From positions 1 to 28,653 of the forward strand of contig JAEOSZ010000106.1 of assembly GCA_016840095.1 (NCBI GenBank): a stretch of DNA of 28,653 nt. Reading direction: 5' to 3'. Below are positions 27,701-28,653 of this stretch, one piece after another. Under the pieces are notes generated by a model. That model did no database searches. It had not been told where the DNA came from and saw only the letters and a list, made by a program, of their open reading frames with translations. The stretch's first letter is position 1. Every line of letters begins with the position of its first letter. Both the position numbers and the translations under genes were made by a program. The stretch comes from Candidatus Heimdallarchaeota archaeon (GTDB taxonomy: Archaea; Asgardarchaeota; Heimdallarchaeia; Heimdallarchaeales; Heimdallarchaeaceae).

Positions 27701-28653
27701 AACTATCTATAATCGATTGAAAAGGTCTGAAGTTTCAACTATATCCGATTTATTAATTGTATCACCAAAAACAGTTGCTACTAAATCAAAATTGAGTATA
27801 GCAAAGATTACCGATATAATTGACTCAATCAACTTTGAGAGTCTGAAAGAAAAAATAGATACAGAAAGTGTTTCTGTGGATAGAGAGTTCTTCCTATTAT
27901 CCCCTAGAGATAAGAATTTCTTGAAATCTATTGGAATTTATACAATCTCTGATTTAAATGAATATTCAACTTATTCTTGGTTGATTCCTGAAAGTAAATT
28001 GAACAAGATAAAAAACAAGATTGAAACAATCTTAGAAACACCAATACTTTACTATCCTGATATCAACAGCTTAACCTTCTTTGAAATTGACAAACAATAT
28101 TATAACAAAGGAATTTTCAGTATTCAAGATCTTCTTAATACAGTAGAAGAAACTGAAAATAAGAAAATAATAAGTTTTCTACAAAACTTTTCTTCCTTGG
28201 AAGAAAGAATTGATGAAGAATATCTTAAAGCATCTCAACTCTTCTCTGAAGCAGAATTGACATCACTCTCAAAATCCATTCCTAAAAAGAAGATAAAACA
28301 CTTAAATGATTATTTATCTGAATTATACAAGAATTATGAGAAGATTTCTGAACCAAATAAGAAAATCCTTAGAACACTGAAACATCCTCTATCTGCATTG
28401 TCTAAACTAACGTCAAACGATGTAAGGAATCTTAACAATAATGGTATGTTTCTCGTAGTAGATATTTTGATTAAATCAAAGACTTATTGGAACAACTTTT
28501 CTGCAAAGACAACAGGTTCCAAGGTTCTCTCTCTTCTACAAACACTGACATTGAGTAAATTAAAGAGTGAAATAAGAAAGCGTCCAAGCATCGCATCCTT
28601 AGGAGTATTTGATGAAGAGACAATCAAGGAAATAGGTGAGTATTATCAGACTA
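18726..28653 (+). CDS. top6B: Giant DNA topoisomerase VI subunit B with C-terminal tandem helix-hairpin-helix repeat array (3'-partial, >=3309 aa)
   Basis: Manual translation from GTG 18726 shows no stop to the window end. Top6B motifs: SAAAFFNENRAIAGF, RELVENGLDA (GHKL N-box), DNGIG, FGRVLTGTKY, QTRGRFGLG, PGTEI, AIITPY, KIHPYG (into H2TH), LSPLG, RPPKAYSGHPFVVEAAIGYGG, RYANRIPL, STKIPFPETSKEYI, EEIRLALQQLGRRLKTFL. Core ends near 20335 and is followed by repeats. Confidence 0.95.
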   Translation, partial: MSETSVTKKMSAAAFFNENRAIAGFGNSMRAVFTSIRELVENGLDAAEKRGISPNITVELRKLSSREINELLDVKQHKKLEKHLDFLQLTCKDNGIGVPGNLIAELFGRVLTGTKYGVIQTRGRFGLGAKMCLLYSMSSVDLPAKIRSRYFMDDITHEMHLMINLEKNEPIIMEQREYLPGDESYLEEPGTEISITFTGAWNLAKNSVREYFRQLAIITPYSSFDVKVPGDKEGEFEEFIFESVVDDMPPPPQVVKIHPYGCDITQFKAELGSNNAKSLKQFLANQFMGVTEEIAEDFFQLLEIDPNKHPKELDSREIRRIVHEGFVKAYQEAKDVKRKRDRVFQFDPPKGTALSPLGAGRLKRGLEKELVPKFTEAISRPPKAYSGHPFVVEAAIGYGGGVTEASQQRGTNVQDNKIIYRYANRIPLIFGAGNDVISHVVSSIRWNEYGLTRQSDPLAITVSVVSTKIPFPETSKEYISIVPEIEEEIRLALQQLGRRLKTFLSRAKRRRREHARLSRFVKSAPGVVENLSQIIEDEGIEIADFRFEKNRIASALAHGATKKAKLFMPLGKRLFGLNIWCPVSTQNILKSKNILTVSDFLLTPTKELTTIMSLDEEAVYNIKLRTIYELDREGLSPQFDAKIFVSRAVERRFDKSSISLKDALNRRWIQNSYHYLATEFEKLKNVTGLLEKLFENKKDELINQLLLLNRKDDGSKSYPKSKHPTDTLTAKGQLKIGHLFPSFKVFKAQSNEILAADLTVEEFIYQTLLPEKINYQQEITSILIDYLKEVFNKMIAKFPTFLTTNITKMTPDWTDGYTKNAFHRRKIKTIENFINTSTDDLVQIKEMERIIYSLFLEKLVKESPSINLTAFEFIESDTLKSAEKSAINLLATKGIKTLAQLLFYSAEQIYDKKLESLAELLMNETKYTILSSLQAAEKGLNSSHIKIIPSSIETELHRNQIFNSSTFLSYSSPGLRKMGMKKRDVDQIKKVLGTPLPNWLGEQEMFRECGIIVLEELFSNSPDSYAISAEKKKKYSELSNFLRTPIIFSFPQLRRASYLLKEVGINCIGRFLIWSNEELADILGYKVEEIKKMKDSVSLDEINKNRKELSKPLAQLKTLFPRLNDYFGGTNETLQDLFYLYPSEKVNLSLGLWKKIKNLSTLSQLEIIELAQLFSKKPNQLEDAKDALLRLNARNIITIKQFLDLIPEILESELSSAAHRKVMIELYYMIKNRDFEETNEFRKQVLLFSEYDEFERTLSLPISRIGNLSLQEYEDLRTKGIIAVHQLFEYSSKEIEKILNKTEEEINQIFTGFEIEQKGTSFFERAERNRLKSLISFEYEDSERFSALEIESLVLAGYNSVDKIFFLSHPLTFSASIVHWNVIDKFRKLLRSPLTLVTWDKIVKKKVIDEESGEEKEIKETKLSSLTTEQLNVLRANGISRIIDLLIVKKEKLEGILGITSSEALLLQRNLRISDTGTDLAELDIFKPHIVDKLEEYNIVTIEDLYFSTSKREWRIAELPWNIIEAFKQVLNLPLKYISDMLDKELIETLKKVDITTLLGFMLISPENLMEKTGIPDERFENIKRGLALADILGTFTLPSYYLPAISFEKTEILRENEIFTIADFILTSTQKLTKLLEIPANDISSVKNSLNAQSIQEAYEDKGIFASETKLFDRLEQRQLSRDSIIQFERFQTLQEIYYVIEEEFYALNPDLWSKVSAVKKVLELPLRIFTEISEYSLEVWEQNNIKYVHQLLFLPDEEIKDPVLYRSISTYSSKMLEMRAFHYFAKLPSSVYNSSFFSNIVQNFEEKTLSDVVTDTKVLDHLLSKDGQYLNENYNLTLIRALLELPVRITPFFNRIKKIRREDYKNTKIGDVFDIDLVEHSALAPFYNKLQEVDSFNNLIIDLAVPISSMGLPRELALKLSKSSINTLIDFFSTPIQTISEITGLPQRYIREIQGNLDYSLIQSFKKAQTHPIVASVLITEKQIESLKKRGITDIESLYYSAETQNISSILSVENYAKVKEILSGSIRFIGFLASDEIKRLEFYNINSIIDLALLDKKELFHITQNPIYKEFHALDILSLDEVAEKRAETALSLNLLPSIEADYLEKLKQLGINSIQDFNSRMSEIRDSHPHLVKLDVFRDVQLYLSSVAFLGLSNQQVQKLVYSGVGDMLSFITEDVSTIAIILDIDESEVRKYLDKINPENLLTELDKKGVKLTEFPVLSKSTVNYLLKSDKQYVQDVYSQYYQAFTIANVSDEVLRDFLNSCNVSIYRIKELSPESKIKLSQMGILRVIDFLCSNDTELKKALGGKITKEITRIRTGNFTLIRGTALLLNEPILNILRDLYFDPSKKTVEDLFGFVPEHLLQFTETERIEKITNISFVEQLVSFLSLSTLSLAYFDLETKAVLWKIGIKHVIELISTNVQTIEDAPKSVIRAIKEFQRGFNLSLKMSETFSPYIEQQLSLPKDIQSKFKNYGLTTALFLFDFMHHPLFELTNKEENLLQNVTSNLFKPITWLYEYSDFKIESMSLLGSKDANNIITALLLLADDSKTSETRNFSDQFFRKFIETINKNILKIKPTEWSLKLTDLSLIKDQKILRKLKSAKIQYLDELLALDSTIIEDQAIYEEMRPTLFSLKNFSVASIDGLSISNVQMLKSKGVRNVFQFLQIPEIHLSKYMNISTEKVKQIKVKVDLEVLEANAKLVGLDIQLIGKLSDKIKKVLKDHGCVSLTQAAHLQIDELPLTAEEKQSVRELVSILHTPITLIGKVLKLSRKNIDLLVQEKIFTYTDLLEIPQEKWHSSLQKLITNQKSDPTYLIKQLYGIQKFGLSIDELNFTKSVKASLLQAGLTTVDHLLFVPDSYITSKGKMKTAELLELRDGLGKSVSVLPNLTEETIKYCLTNNFQIIEDLLIYFKDHPKKMREEIIPSLSTIKTLSEIGFEGSLSETEQDLQKRGYYSYTSLLTSSGFKDDSELFSQYAPYLLANLRFLEIDPTIYNRLKRSEVSTISDLLIVSPKTVATKSKLSIAKITDIIDSINFESLKEKIDTESVSVDREFFLLSPRDKNFLKSIGIYTISDLNEYSTYSWLIPESKLNKIKNKIETILETPILYYPDINSLTFFEIDKQYYNKGIFSIQDLLNTVEETENKKIISFLQNFSSLEERIDEEYLKASQLFSEAELTSLSKSIPKKKIKHLNDYLSELYKNYEKISEPNKKILRTLKHPLSALSKLTSNDVRNLNNNGMFLVVDILIKSKTYWNNFSAKTTGSKVLSLLQTLTLSKLKSEIRKRPSIASLGVFDEETIKEIGEYYQT
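20430..28653 (+). repeat. About 40-44 degenerate ~63-aa HhH (RNAP alpha-CTD / RadA-N-like) protein repeats
   Basis: Recurrent P-h-x-x-h-x-x-h-S/T...L-x-x-x-G/N-I-x-T/S-h-x-D/E/Q-h-h, e.g. LKSKNILTVSDFLL (~20490), LATKGIKTLAQLLF (~21393), LKEVGINCIGRFLI (~21903), LRANGISRIIDLLI (~23025), LKKRGITDIESLYY (~24690), LKQLGINSIQDF (~25053), LLQAGLTTVDHLLF (~27252), LKSIGIYTISDL (~27921). Count is by eye and includes some weak units. Confidence 0.8.

Noticed and set aside
18726-28653. Intein or mobile-element insertion as the cause of the top6B length
   Set aside because: The Top6B motifs are collinear and complete before the extension begins; no splice-junction, LAGLIDADG or transposase motifs were seen, and the extension is a regular helical repeat.
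20335-28653. Top6A/Spo11 domain fused within the extension
   Set aside because: No catalytic-Tyr winged-helix context or TOPRIM motifs (VEK, DxDPxG) were recognised; LYY/IYY strings fall inside the repeat consensus. A fusion beyond the window end cannot be excluded.
1-28653. CRISPR arrays, tRNA/rRNA genes, IS elements
   Set aside because: No regularly spaced nucleotide repeats, GC-rich structured RNA segments, terminal inverted repeats or transposase/integrase ORFs were seen; intergenic gaps are short and AT-rich.

Overview
AT-rich archaeal chromosomal segment, most plausibly from an Asgard (Heimdallarchaeia-like) archaeon; this is inferred from gene content and archaeal promoter/SD features, not proven. 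The left ~15 kb holds housekeeping and small genes: an OBG/DRG-type GTPase (5'-truncated), a Zn-ribbon protein, an RNase J-like metallo-beta-lactamase, an SDR, two paralogous membrane proteins, two tandem ferredoxins, a PaaI thioesterase, DegV, DUF1295, a GNAT, a nucleotidyltransferase, a coiled-coil/wHTH protein, a minus-strand cluster with a divergent tubulin/FtsZ-family GTPase, and pyruvate kinase. Three items stand out. (1) An ORF absent from the supplied track because it has no stop codon: from GTG 18726 off the window end (>=3309 aa by manual translation), encoding an intact DNA topoisomerase VI subunit B fused to about 40-44 degenerate ~63-aa helix-hairpin-helix (alpha-CTD/RadA-N-like) repeats. 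(2) A 1008-aa two-TM protein with motifs of the eukaryotic CD36/SR-BI/LIMP-2 family and an inserted 7-blade LVIVD beta-propeller. (3) A tubulin/FtsZ homologue with an N-terminal amphipathic segment and an acidic C-terminal tail, translationally coupled to a polytopic membrane protein. No rRNA, tRNA, CRISPR array or mobile element was recognised. All family assignments are by eye from recalled motifs; no searches were run.
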